A stretch of 37,956 nucleotides of DNA from Saprospiraceae bacterium (lineage in GTDB: Bacteria; Bacteroidota; Bacteroidia; Chitinophagales; Saprospiraceae), in assembly GCA_022842255.1 (NCBI GenBank), contig JALHPW010000002.1, positions 1-37,956 of the forward strand. Direction: 5' to 3'. The notes under the pieces are model-generated. The model had not been told where the DNA came from, searched no databases, and worked only from the letters and a program-made list of their open reading frames with translations. A program made the translations under genes and the position numbers. This document shows, in pieces, positions 8,159-15,408 of this stretch (position 1 is its first letter; every line of letters starts with the position of its first letter).

Positions 8159-9283
8159 TTATTCCACCCCCAAATAAGGCCGAACCTTGGCCAACCAGGC
8201 TTGGTCTGAAATCGCGCGCATCTTGCCAATGTCTTCCGCCGAAGCAAAAGCCCCGTGCTGTTCCCGATATGCTACAATAAGCTCTGCTTGCCGTTTCGTG
8301 ATGTAGGGATGCGCATCCAATTCGGCCACGGAGGCGGTGTTGAGGTTGATTTTTCTGATTTCAGCGGCACCCACCACGAGCCGGGCCTTGATGGATTGAA
8401 ATATGCTGTCGGGAAGGCCAGACACCTCTGCCACTTGCTCCACCGAACGAAATCCGCCGAGTTTTTCGCGAAAACTGAGCAATTGTTTTGCCCGTGTTTC
8501 CCCGATACCGGGCAAGGTGCGCCAGGTCTCCAAACCTGCTTGATTGATATCTACGGATGTGGTGGATGTTTTTTTGTCCGGGTATTTGCTCGTAAACGCT
8601 GCGGGTTTGCTTGCAATATGAGTGTTCGCGGTCTCTGAAAAAGTGGCATACCCGGCGATGCGCTGATAATCCTCCTCCTCAAGCGTGTAAATTTTCTCCA
8701 GGTCTTCCTTTTTTCGGAATTGTCCACCTTTTGTGCGGTAGTTCAGGATACTTTTCACCGTTCGGGAAGGGAGGCCGAGGCGAAACAAGTCGGACTCAGT
8801 AGCGGTATTCGGGTCAAATGCAAACAGTTCGGCCTGAGGCTTTTCTGCGCTTTTCTCCACCACGGGTTCGCTGCCCGAATCGATGTGGATATAGGGCAAA
8901 AGCCGCTCGAAATCTTCCTTTTGCAGGCTCCAAATTTTCTGAAAATCAGCGGCTTCGCGAAAACTTCCGCCCTTGTTGCGGTAGTTGCAAATCGTGTTTG
9001 CCACTTTTTCGGAAAGCCCTAGCCGGACAAAATCCTCTAACGAAGCCGTGTTGGGGTCAAAAACAAACAGTGCCGCTTCAGGCGCACTGGCGGCATTGCC
9101 CAGCGATACCCGAAAGGCCTGTATTTCTCGCTGAAACGGTTGAAAATCAGTGCTGCCACGCGGGCGGAGGTGGTGGGTAATTTCAGGGATGGCAAAAAAT
9201 AAAACGGCCAGTGCAATGAGCACAATTGTGCCGTTTCGTTCTGCGCGATTGAAGCGCAGGTAGTTGAAAAAACGTGTTTTCAT
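8159..9283 (-). CDS. Membrane-anchored ComEA-like protein with four tandem helix-hairpin-helix DNA-binding modules
   Basis: There is an N-terminal TM segment (GTIVLIALAVLFFAI). Four ~60-aa modules begin FDPNTASLEDFVRLGL, FDPNTATESDLFRLGL, VDINQAGLETWRTLPGIGETRAKQLL and INLNTASVAELDAHPYITKRQAELIV. Each is followed by Y/FR...GG/GAF, as in ComEA. Confidence 0.8.
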   Translation of the reverse strand: MKTRFFNYLRFNRAERNGTIVLIALAVLFFAIPEITHHLRPRGSTDFQPFQREIQAFRVSLGNAASAPEAALFVFDPNTASLEDFVRLGLSEKVANTICNYRNKGGSFREAADFQKIWSLQKEDFERLLPYIHIDSGSEPVVEKSAEKPQAELFAFDPNTATESDLFRLGLPSRTVKSILNYRTKGGQFRKKEDLEKIYTLEEEDYQRIAGYATFSETANTHIASKPAAFTSKYPDKKTSTTSVDINQAGLETWRTLPGIGETRAKQLLSFREKLGGFRSVEQVAEVSGLPDSIFQSIKARLVVGAAEIRKINLNTASVAELDAHPYITKRQAELIVAYREQHGAFASAEDIGKMRAISDQAWLAKVRPYLGVE

Positions 9284-9369
9284 GTGGAGGTATTGGTTGG
9301 TGATTAGTTGTTTGATTTTTTACCGCGGAGGCGCAGAGACGCGGAGGTTGAGTTCTTAAAAATCTGTGG

Positions 9370-11472
9370 TTACCTTTTTCCGGGATAAATCCAGGCACCC
9401 TGTGTTCGGACATCGTGATAGGGCCAGCCTTGTTTTTCGCATTCTTCGCGCCAACGTTTTATCTGGGCTGCAGCGTTGGATGCCTCGAATACGAGTTGTT
9501 TGAATGGAAAACGCGCACGGCATTGGGCAATGGTGATCCGCGGACTTTTTGACAACACCAGCACATCCACAGCGATGGGACGTGGGTTGCCCGCAGTGGC
9601 CCATCGGACATCGTCCAGCAGGAGCATTCTTTGATTAAAAAACTGCACAAAAGGCAAGTCAATCAACAAGTTAGGAAATTTATGTACAGCACTATCGGCA
9701 TAGAAAACGCCGACCTGTTCGCGCATCCCACGAGCCGTCCGATTTGCCAATGCGGCAAAATGCTCCTGTTTTTTACTGAGGGTGTCGGACAAGGCAACCA
9801 CATGGTCCCCGTCAAAAAAATCCATCAGCCGGGCCTTATTCAGGTAATAGACCACGGTGGTTTGTTGTGTTTGTTTCCCCAAAACCATTCGCGTGCGGTA
9901 CACTCCAAGTACAATCATGATGCCTGCAAACACCCCCAACCATTTGCCCCGACGGGTAGCTAAGGCCGCGCCCAAAAAAGCGAGACAAGCATACAGGGCA
10001 AACACCACCCAATCGGCCGTCCAAACATTTCGTACCACGCCGCCGGGAATCCCCTGGATAAAAAAGATGATTTTATTCATCCACAACAACATCTGATACA
10101 ACAGGACGCCCAAGCCATCCGCCAACATTTGCGACACCACATCCAATACCACCAACATCGCGCCGCCCCACAAAAAGACGGCCCCCACAAACACCACCAC
10201 CCAACCCGCTAGCCAAAAATAGACCGGAAACTGGTTAAAATAAAATAGCGAAAGCGGTAAGGTGCCCAGTTGGGCCGACACCCCAATCAACAAAACCTTG
10301 AGCGGTTCGTCCAACCAGGCCGACAAAGGAGGAAACATCTTGTAAAACCTCGGGTAAAAAAACACCATACCCGCCACGGCCGCGTAAGACAGCTGAAAAC
10401 CCACGTTGAACAACAAAAAAGGATTGTACATCAGCAAGATAAAGGCCGAAGCGGGCAGCACATTCCAAGCGGAAGCTTCGCGCCAAAACGCTTTCCCAAG
10501 CATGTACACACTGAACATTACCGAAGCGCGCAACACCGAAGCGGTCGCGCCCGTGAGGAATGTAAAGGCCCAAATCGCGCTCAACACCAACGCCGTTTCC
10601 AGCAGCCGACCCGTTCTCCCACGCAATCGAAGCCGGGCAATCATAAACATCAACCCAACGTACAACATCCCGATATGGGTACCCGAAACGGCGAGGGCGT
10701 GCATCGACCCGGTTTCGGCGTAGGCCGTGCGCAAATCGTCGGAAAGGTCGTCGGTGTAACCCACCAGCAAGGCCGAAGCCACGGCGTATTCATCGGTGCT
10801 GGGGAAATACTTTTGGAGCAAACCCAGCAGGCGTTCGCGGCTTTCATAAGCTTTTTGCCAGAGCAGCCAGCCATTACCTCGGGAAAGCTGGAAGATGGAA
10901 TCAGGTTTTACAAAGGCCTGATAATGAATATTTTGAAAATGAAGGTAGCGGGCGTAGTCAAACGCATATGGGTTCTTGGGTGGCTCGGTTGGGCACACCG
11001 TAGCCTGAAAACCAAGTCGGTCGCCGTATCGAATGCTGTCAGAAAAATTCGAGAGGTCCAGAAACAACATCACATTCCCCATGGCGGCCTGAAAAGAATC
11101 CGGGGAGCTGCCAATGGCTTCCACGCGCAAGGGCACTTTCATTTTTGTGCCTTTCGACGGCGCTTCATACACTGTGCCGAGGAAATAATGGCAGGCCTGG
11201 ATTTGGGGAGCAAAGTGTTTCGGGAGCCTGGTTTCCTTGTATTGAACGATATGGAAATAGCCAAAACCCAACAGCAACAAATGCATATACGCCCCAAATA
11301 CCCATCGGAGCCTGTACGCAAATTTCTGAACGGCGAGCAAAGCACCCAATGCCGCACCAATCATGAGTCCACAATCCAGATGAGACAAAGGGGTATCCAA
11401 CCAAGCACCGAAGGCTAGGCCGGCAACAAAGGGGACGATAAAACGGAGGTAGGGAATACCATGCGGGTTCAT
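9370..11472 (-). CDS. comEC: ComEC/Rec2-family DNA internalisation channel protein
   Basis: It is polytopic, with a DUF4131-like N-terminus followed by the Competence-domain signature ...TGSMHALAVSGTHIGML... I prefer the ATG at 11472 (MNPHGIPYLRF...) because the longer ORF starts at a TTG at 11538 that lies inside a perfect -7 promoter motif. The C-terminal ~190 aa show no HxHxDH metallo-beta-lactamase motif. Confidence 0.85.
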   Translation of the reverse strand: MNPHGIPYLRFIVPFVAGLAFGAWLDTPLSHLDCGLMIGAALGALLAVQKFAYRLRWVFGAYMHLLLLGFGYFHIVQYKETRLPKHFAPQIQACHYFLGTVYEAPSKGTKMKVPLRVEAIGSSPDSFQAAMGNVMLFLDLSNFSDSIRYGDRLGFQATVCPTEPPKNPYAFDYARYLHFQNIHYQAFVKPDSIFQLSRGNGWLLWQKAYESRERLLGLLQKYFPSTDEYAVASALLVGYTDDLSDDLRTAYAETGSMHALAVSGTHIGMLYVGLMFMIARLRLRGRTGRLLETALVLSAIWAFTFLTGATASVLRASVMFSVYMLGKAFWREASAWNVLPASAFILLMYNPFLLFNVGFQLSYAAVAGMVFFYPRFYKMFPPLSAWLDEPLKVLLIGVSAQLGTLPLSLFYFNQFPVYFWLAGWVVVFVGAVFLWGGAMLVVLDVVSQMLADGLGVLLYQMLLWMNKIIFFIQGIPGGVVRNVWTADWVVFALYACLAFLGAALATRRGKWLGVFAGIMIVLGVYRTRMVLGKQTQQTTVVYYLNKARLMDFFDGDHVVALSDTLSKKQEHFAALANRTARGMREQVGVFYADSAVHKFPNLLIDLPFVQFFNQRMLLLDDVRWATAGNPRPIAVDVLVLSKSPRITIAQCRARFPFKQLVFEASNAAAQIKRWREECEKQGWPYHDVRTQGAWIYPGKR

Positions 11473-11535
11473 TTGGTTTAAAAATCCTGGGGGATTGGCG
11501 GTTAACTTTTGGTTGCATTGTTTTCGGGGCTTAGA

Positions 11536-11543
11536 CAAAGATA
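11536..11543 (-). promoter_or_regulatory. Perfect -7 motif (TATCTTTG on minus strand) for comEC
   Basis: Plus-strand CAAAGATA lies 63 nt upstream of the ATG at 11472. Confidence 0.4.
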
Positions 11544-11609
11544 ATCCGCCTGCATCAAAAAAACAAGACCAAGTGCAGCCTTTATCAATCCGCTCCGCTC
11601 AAAACAAAG

Positions 11610-11665
11610 GAGGGAACCGGTCAAGCGCAGAGCGGGTGTAACTCTTTTGCTTGAACGGCTCCCTC
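11610..11665 (-). terminator. Long hairpin downstream of the hydroxylase/monooxygenase ORF (probable terminator)
   Basis: The arms are 17 nt (11610-11626 and 11649-11665). On the minus-strand RNA both mismatches become G-U pairs, so the stem is continuous only on that strand. It is followed there by CUUUGUUUUG. Confidence 0.55.
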
Positions 11666-11700
11666 ATTTCATTCAATGGGCCCCGGTTTTGCCGGGCGCC

Positions 11701-13281
11701 TTAATTTTTCACAAACCTAGCCGTGAACACCTCGGCAGTGGAGGTTTGTACTTCCACAAAATAGGTTCCGGGCAGCAATTGACTGATGTCCAAACGCTCC
11801 CGGCAAAGCCCGGGTTGGATCTCCTTCTGCTCGCCAAATGCACGAACTATTTGGCCGTTTAGGGACATGACGCTTACCCGATAGTTTGCTTTTTCTGCCA
11901 AAGCAAACTGGATGTCCACAAAATCCTGCGCCGGATTTGGGGAAACAGAAAGCGGCCTAATGCCTTGATTTTCACCAACAAATGGCAATCCTGAATTGAG
12001 CAATGTGCTGTCGAGCAAGATATTCTCGTCGCCGGGTTGATAGGCCAGGTAGGCAAAATAGACCAACAGCATCTCGTCGGTAGTGGCCTCCCCTTGCGTC
12101 ACTGTTTGGGGTGGGAAACTGGGTTGATGCGGGTTGTTTTCCGTGTTATCGTAGGTGGCGTAGGCGTGGAGTTTGGTGCCGAAAGGGAGTTTTTGCAATT
12201 GCTGAAAGAAGTACCCACCTTGCCAGTGGAAATCCCAGTCGTTGATTCGAATGAGCGGGATGGTATCGTTTTGCAAGGTAACGCCGTAGGAAACGATGCT
12301 TCGCCCAATCAGGTGCATGTGGGGCGCCACGCTGAGCACGGAGACGTTGGCTGGAACCGTGAATTTGGCATGATAGGTTTTCACCTCGTTGGGCGAGATG
12401 TTGAGCGGACCGTTTTCGAGGGAGAGTGGGGAGTGGTTGAGAATTGGCGCGAGTTTTATCTCCCGAACACCCTGATTGCTGGGGGTGAAGAAGAAATTCA
12501 GGCGTGTTTGGTCGCTCATGCCTGTCACTCCCTTGGGGTAGTGCATTTGTACAATCAGGTCGGCGCCGGGCGAAAGTTTAACCCCCATAAAAGGTGGACT
12601 GAGGATGGTTCTCGCCCCAGGCACCCAAGCGCCCACTAGCCTGGCGCCATTTACGCCGGGACCCCCAAAATTGACATAACCCGGCTCGTTGGGCGATTGC
12701 GCATCGAGTACTTTCGCTTGTCCGGTGGTGTCTTCATAAATTAAAATATGGTGTACCACCTCGTGGTTGCCGGGCATGGCTTCGAGTCCGCGCAGGTAAG
12801 AAACCTGGTTCAAGCCATTGGGAATCACAAAACAGCGGTATTCATCGTCGGTAGCCGTAACCGTGTAGTAAGGCGTCATCAGTTCATGGTCGGGCATACC
12901 TACTTCCGATTCGTCACTGAATACAGGTTCGGGCGGCGCTTGGTTCAAATCGCCCGGCTGCGCGCCTGCGTCCACCCAGTCGCTGATGCGCTGGATTTCC
13001 AAATCACTTAAGCGGTTCTCATGGGCATAACTCCGGTAACTGGGGTCGGGCATCCAGGGCGGCATGCGTTTGGCGGTGGTGGCATCCTGAATTTCGTAGC
13101 GATTGCTGAACGCATTGGCGTATCCGATGAGCGAAAAGTGGCCGAGCCCGCCATCGCGGTGGCATTTCGCACAGTTTTCGTACAAGATGGGCGCGATGTC
13201 GTTGGCCCAGTTGAGGCTTTGTGCGTTGGCAGCAAAAGAAGCCGAAAAGAGTAAAGCGAAAAGCAGGTGTTTGCGTTGCAT
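11701..13281 (-). CDS. Alternative gene model: stand-alone secreted cytochrome-c/copper-monooxygenase-like T9SS cargo starting at the internal ATG
   Basis: The internal ATG at 13279-13281 is followed immediately by a canonical signal peptide. It is preceded by an AT-rich, spacer-like stretch (ACATTCAAATTCACAAATTCATTATCAAACAATT on the coding strand). Confidence 0.45.
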   Translation of the reverse strand: MQRKHLLFALLFSASFAANAQSLNWANDIAPILYENCAKCHRDGGLGHFSLIGYANAFSNRYEIQDATTAKRMPPWMPDPSYRSYAHENRLSDLEIQRISDWVDAGAQPGDLNQAPPEPVFSDESEVGMPDHELMTPYYTVTATDDEYRCFVIPNGLNQVSYLRGLEAMPGNHEVVHHILIYEDTTGQAKVLDAQSPNEPGYVNFGGPGVNGARLVGAWVPGARTILSPPFMGVKLSPGADLIVQMHYPKGVTGMSDQTRLNFFFTPSNQGVREIKLAPILNHSPLSLENGPLNISPNEVKTYHAKFTVPANVSVLSVAPHMHLIGRSIVSYGVTLQNDTIPLIRINDWDFHWQGGYFFQQLQKLPFGTKLHAYATYDNTENNPHQPSFPPQTVTQGEATTDEMLLVYFAYLAYQPGDENILLDSTLLNSGLPFVGENQGIRPLSVSPNPAQDFVDIQFALAEKANYRVSVMSLNGQIVRAFGEQKEIQPGLCRERLDISQLLPGTYFVEVQTSTAEVFTARFVKN

Positions 13282-14082
13282 AATTGTTTGATAATGAATT
13301 TGTGAATTTGAATGTTCCCTCGCGTGTACTTCCTCCACTTTTTTCAAACTGTCTTCGCGCAGTGTGCCACAAAGCCGGTCCCAAAAAGTGAAATACAGGC
13401 CGTAGTTCCCGGTGAATTTTTCATGGTGGAGGTTATGGTACACAGATGTATTCAGCCATTTTCCCAGCGGATGCTTGTACATCTTTTTGGGAAAAAGCTC
13501 GTACCCCAGGTGACCGTAGATATTAAACAAAAGCATCATGGTCACAAACCCAAAGAATGAAATGGGGTGTAAGGGCATGACAATCAATAGTATTGGGATA
13601 ATCCCAGCCTCTGCCACCGCTTCCAGGGGATGAAACGAAAAAGCGGCCCAGGGAGAAGGATTCACCGAACGGTGATGGGTGAGGTGCATACGACGATACA
13701 AGGCTGGCCAATGCATCAGACGGTGAATCCAGTAGAAATAGGTGTCGTGCACGAGCAAGGTGAGCGGGATACTCCCTATTACCCACGCCACGCCATATTG
13801 ATTTACGTCGGTATAAAACTGGGTGTGCGTGTGGAACGAAGTTCCCAGGCAAAGCCAGGCCACCACCCCAAATATCAGGGAGGTCAAGGCCGAGTAGCCA
13901 ATCTCTCTTTGGTAGTCGGTCGGGGTGGGAAATCGCTGCTGGATTTTGCGGAACAACCATGCGCGGCGTTTCCAAACATAAAAAACACCATACAGGATGG
14001 CCGAAAGCAGCACATAGCGGCCAAAGATGAACAGTGGCATCAACAGCCATTGAAAAGCGGAAAATTCGGTTGGGTTGAACAT
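11701..14082 (-). CDS. 793-aa fusion ORF: N-terminal fatty-acid hydroxylase/sterol desaturase (di-iron) membrane domain, then a cytochrome-c-motif and PHM/DBH-like copper monooxygenase module with T9SS type-A CTD
   Basis: Residues 1-245 carry the His boxes HDTYFYWIHRLMH, HLTHHRS and YHNLHHEKF, plus FWDRLCGT. From residue 268 there is a complete signal peptide MQRKHLLFALLFSASFAANAQ, CAKCH (13159-13173), HHILIY, QMHY, HMHLIG and TTDEML (a PHM-like CuH/CuM ligand pattern). The C-terminus VSPNPAQDFVDIQF... is a CTD. No stop codon separates the two halves. Confidence 0.65.
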   Translation of the reverse strand: MFNPTEFSAFQWLLMPLFIFGRYVLLSAILYGVFYVWKRRAWLFRKIQQRFPTPTDYQREIGYSALTSLIFGVVAWLCLGTSFHTHTQFYTDVNQYGVAWVIGSIPLTLLVHDTYFYWIHRLMHWPALYRRMHLTHHRSVNPSPWAAFSFHPLEAVAEAGIIPILLIVMPLHPISFFGFVTMMLLFNIYGHLGYELFPKKMYKHPLGKWLNTSVYHNLHHEKFTGNYGLYFTFWDRLCGTLREDSLKKVEEVHAREHSNSQIHYQTIMQRKHLLFALLFSASFAANAQSLNWANDIAPILYENCAKCHRDGGLGHFSLIGYANAFSNRYEIQDATTAKRMPPWMPDPSYRSYAHENRLSDLEIQRISDWVDAGAQPGDLNQAPPEPVFSDESEVGMPDHELMTPYYTVTATDDEYRCFVIPNGLNQVSYLRGLEAMPGNHEVVHHILIYEDTTGQAKVLDAQSPNEPGYVNFGGPGVNGARLVGAWVPGARTILSPPFMGVKLSPGADLIVQMHYPKGVTGMSDQTRLNFFFTPSNQGVREIKLAPILNHSPLSLENGPLNISPNEVKTYHAKFTVPANVSVLSVAPHMHLIGRSIVSYGVTLQNDTIPLIRINDWDFHWQGGYFFQQLQKLPFGTKLHAYATYDNTENNPHQPSFPPQTVTQGEATTDEMLLVYFAYLAYQPGDENILLDSTLLNSGLPFVGENQGIRPLSVSPNPAQDFVDIQFALAEKANYRVSVMSLNGQIVRAFGEQKEIQPGLCRERLDISQLLPGTYFVEVQTSTAEVFTARFVKN

Positions 14083-14150
14083 GATGCAATGGGTTGGATG
14101 GTGAGGAAGGGATATAGTTTAAAGTGCCTACCGTTTGTAATTTTCTATTC

Positions 14151-14158
14151 CAAAGGTA
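14151..14158 (-). promoter_or_regulatory. Perfect -7 motif (TACCTTTG on minus strand) upstream of the hydroxylase ORF
   Basis: Plus-strand CAAAGGTA lies 68 nt upstream of the ATG at 14082. Confidence 0.35.
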
Positions 14159-14474
14159 AAAGCGGTAAATAACCACACCGGCCGCTCGCTCAACCAAGCG
14201 CCACTTTTCATCAACGAAAGGCAAGACGCACTCCCAATGGTTGAGCAAACCCGTCCTGAGGTTGAAGCTATTTTTCCCCGCCCCCCTTGGTCCCCCACCT
14301 TTGTCTCATCACAAACGGAAAATGCAATCGGATACTTGAAACTCAGGGTTTTGCCGAACGGCCCAGCCAATTGTTCATAACCGCAACACTAAAAGAGCGG
14401 CAGCCCTTCCAACAAGTATCCGGTAGCACGCTCCCCCTCATTCACTCACTCACAACCTCACGCACTCACGCATT

Positions 14475-15203
14475 ATGAAAAGCAATCAAAAAAATCTGCT
14501 GCCCTTTTTCGCACTTCTCTTTTTCGCTGCCCTGGCCGCGCTTACCTCTTGCCGCAAAGACCCAGAAGAAATCATCGAACTTATCTCCAACAGCGAAGCT
14601 GCGGAAATCATAGAAGACGCCGTAGCCAACCGCACTGCTGGCCTCACCGCACCTACTATCGACGCTGCAGCCATCGTGGACGCCTATCTCAACAGCTGCG
14701 GCGTACCGGGCGACACCTCCATTAGCAAGGTAAAAACTACAGGGGTTGCTACGTACGATTACTCCTTTGGCATGGATTGGCTCGTGACTTGTTCCGATCT
14801 GGGCGTACCGCAATCTGCCAACGTAGGCATCGCAGGCAACGGCGATTTCAGCAGCCCGCATTGGATGGGAACGGAAGCCACGGTGGGCGAACTCACTTTT
14901 ACAGGACTCAGCCCGCAAGAAGCATCCTATGTGGTAAACGGCTCTTACGACCTTACCGGGAACCTTACCGGAAGCTTGCGCAAGGTTTCACCCAGTTTCG
15001 ATTGTGTGGTTTCGCTGGACATTACCAACTTGGTGATGGATAAAACCAACTATCAAATCACGGGAGGAAGTGGTGTGGCTACGGTGACCGCTACAACCGC
15101 TAACGGACAAACCTGGACACTCAACGGCACCCTGGTATTCAATGGCAATGGCTCGGCCACGGTGGAAGTGAATGGCCACGAACACACGTTTCAGTGGCAG
15201 TGA
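14475..15203 (+). CDS. Hypothetical lipoprotein
   Basis: The signal peptide has a lipobox (FFAALAALTSC). The mature part is Thr/Gly/Asn-rich and suggests a beta-rich fold. I recognise no family. Confidence 0.7.
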   Translation: MKSNQKNLLPFFALLFFAALAALTSCRKDPEEIIELISNSEAAEIIEDAVANRTAGLTAPTIDAAAIVDAYLNSCGVPGDTSISKVKTTGVATYDYSFGMDWLVTCSDLGVPQSANVGIAGNGDFSSPHWMGTEATVGELTFTGLSPQEASYVVNGSYDLTGNLTGSLRKVSPSFDCVVSLDITNLVMDKTNYQITGGSGVATVTATTANGQTWTLNGTLVFNGNGSATVEVNGHEHTFQWQ

Positions 15204-15214
15204 GAAAATGGGAT

Positions 15215-15405
15215 AAATGTGGTCAATTTGATTAATGTGGCCAATGTGGTGTCCTCTGCAGTGCAACATTCCCTCTTGATCATTGGACATTAAAAAAAGC
15301 GAGCCTCCCGATATCGAGAGGCTCGCCTTCTTTTAATCCTTAAATGTGGTCACATTTCATCCCATTGGTCACATTGACCACATTCCACCGCATTGACCAC
15401 ATTAA
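15215..15405. repeat. Array of about 9 copies of the word AATGTGG(Y)CA in both orientations, flanking a bidirectional terminator
   Basis: Forward AATGTGG copies start at 15216, 15234, 15243 and 15343. Reverse CCACATT copies are at 15378-15384 and 15397-15403, with variants at 15350, 15369 and 15388. The 20-nt arms 15232-15251 and 15386-15405 are inverted repeats matching 18/20. Confidence 0.85.
15292..15334. terminator. Bidirectional rho-independent terminator between the lipoprotein gene and the M36 protease gene
   Basis: A 9-bp GC-rich stem GCGAGCCTC (15299-15307) pairs with GAGGCTCGC (15318-15326). An A-run lies 5' and CTTCTTTT lies 3'. Confidence 0.8.
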
Positions 15406-15408
15406 TCA

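Noticed and set aside
9322-9345. A CGCGGAGG direct repeat lies in the comEC/ComEA-like spacer.
   Set aside because: The two short GC-rich copies form only a 5-bp potential stem with no U-run. That is insufficient to call a terminator or an operator.
13523-14248. A 241-aa ORF on the minus strand overlaps the hydroxylase domain in another frame.
   Set aside because: The overlapping frame 11701-14082 carries all three His boxes of the fatty-acid-hydroxylase family. The alternative frame has no recognisable features.
14083-14474. A 392-bp divergent spacer has 63-80-aa ORFs and a 9-bp inverted repeat (14188-14196 with 14238-14246).
   Set aside because: The ORFs have no coding-like features. The inverted repeat is short, has a 41-nt loop, and is within chance expectation.
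15232-15405. The 20-bp inverted repeats (18/20) flanking a 134-bp segment could be read as an invertible promoter switch.
   Set aside because: Both neighbouring genes point their 3' ends at the segment, so an invertible promoter would drive nothing. The segment contains a terminator rather than a -7/-33 promoter. No recombinase gene is nearby.
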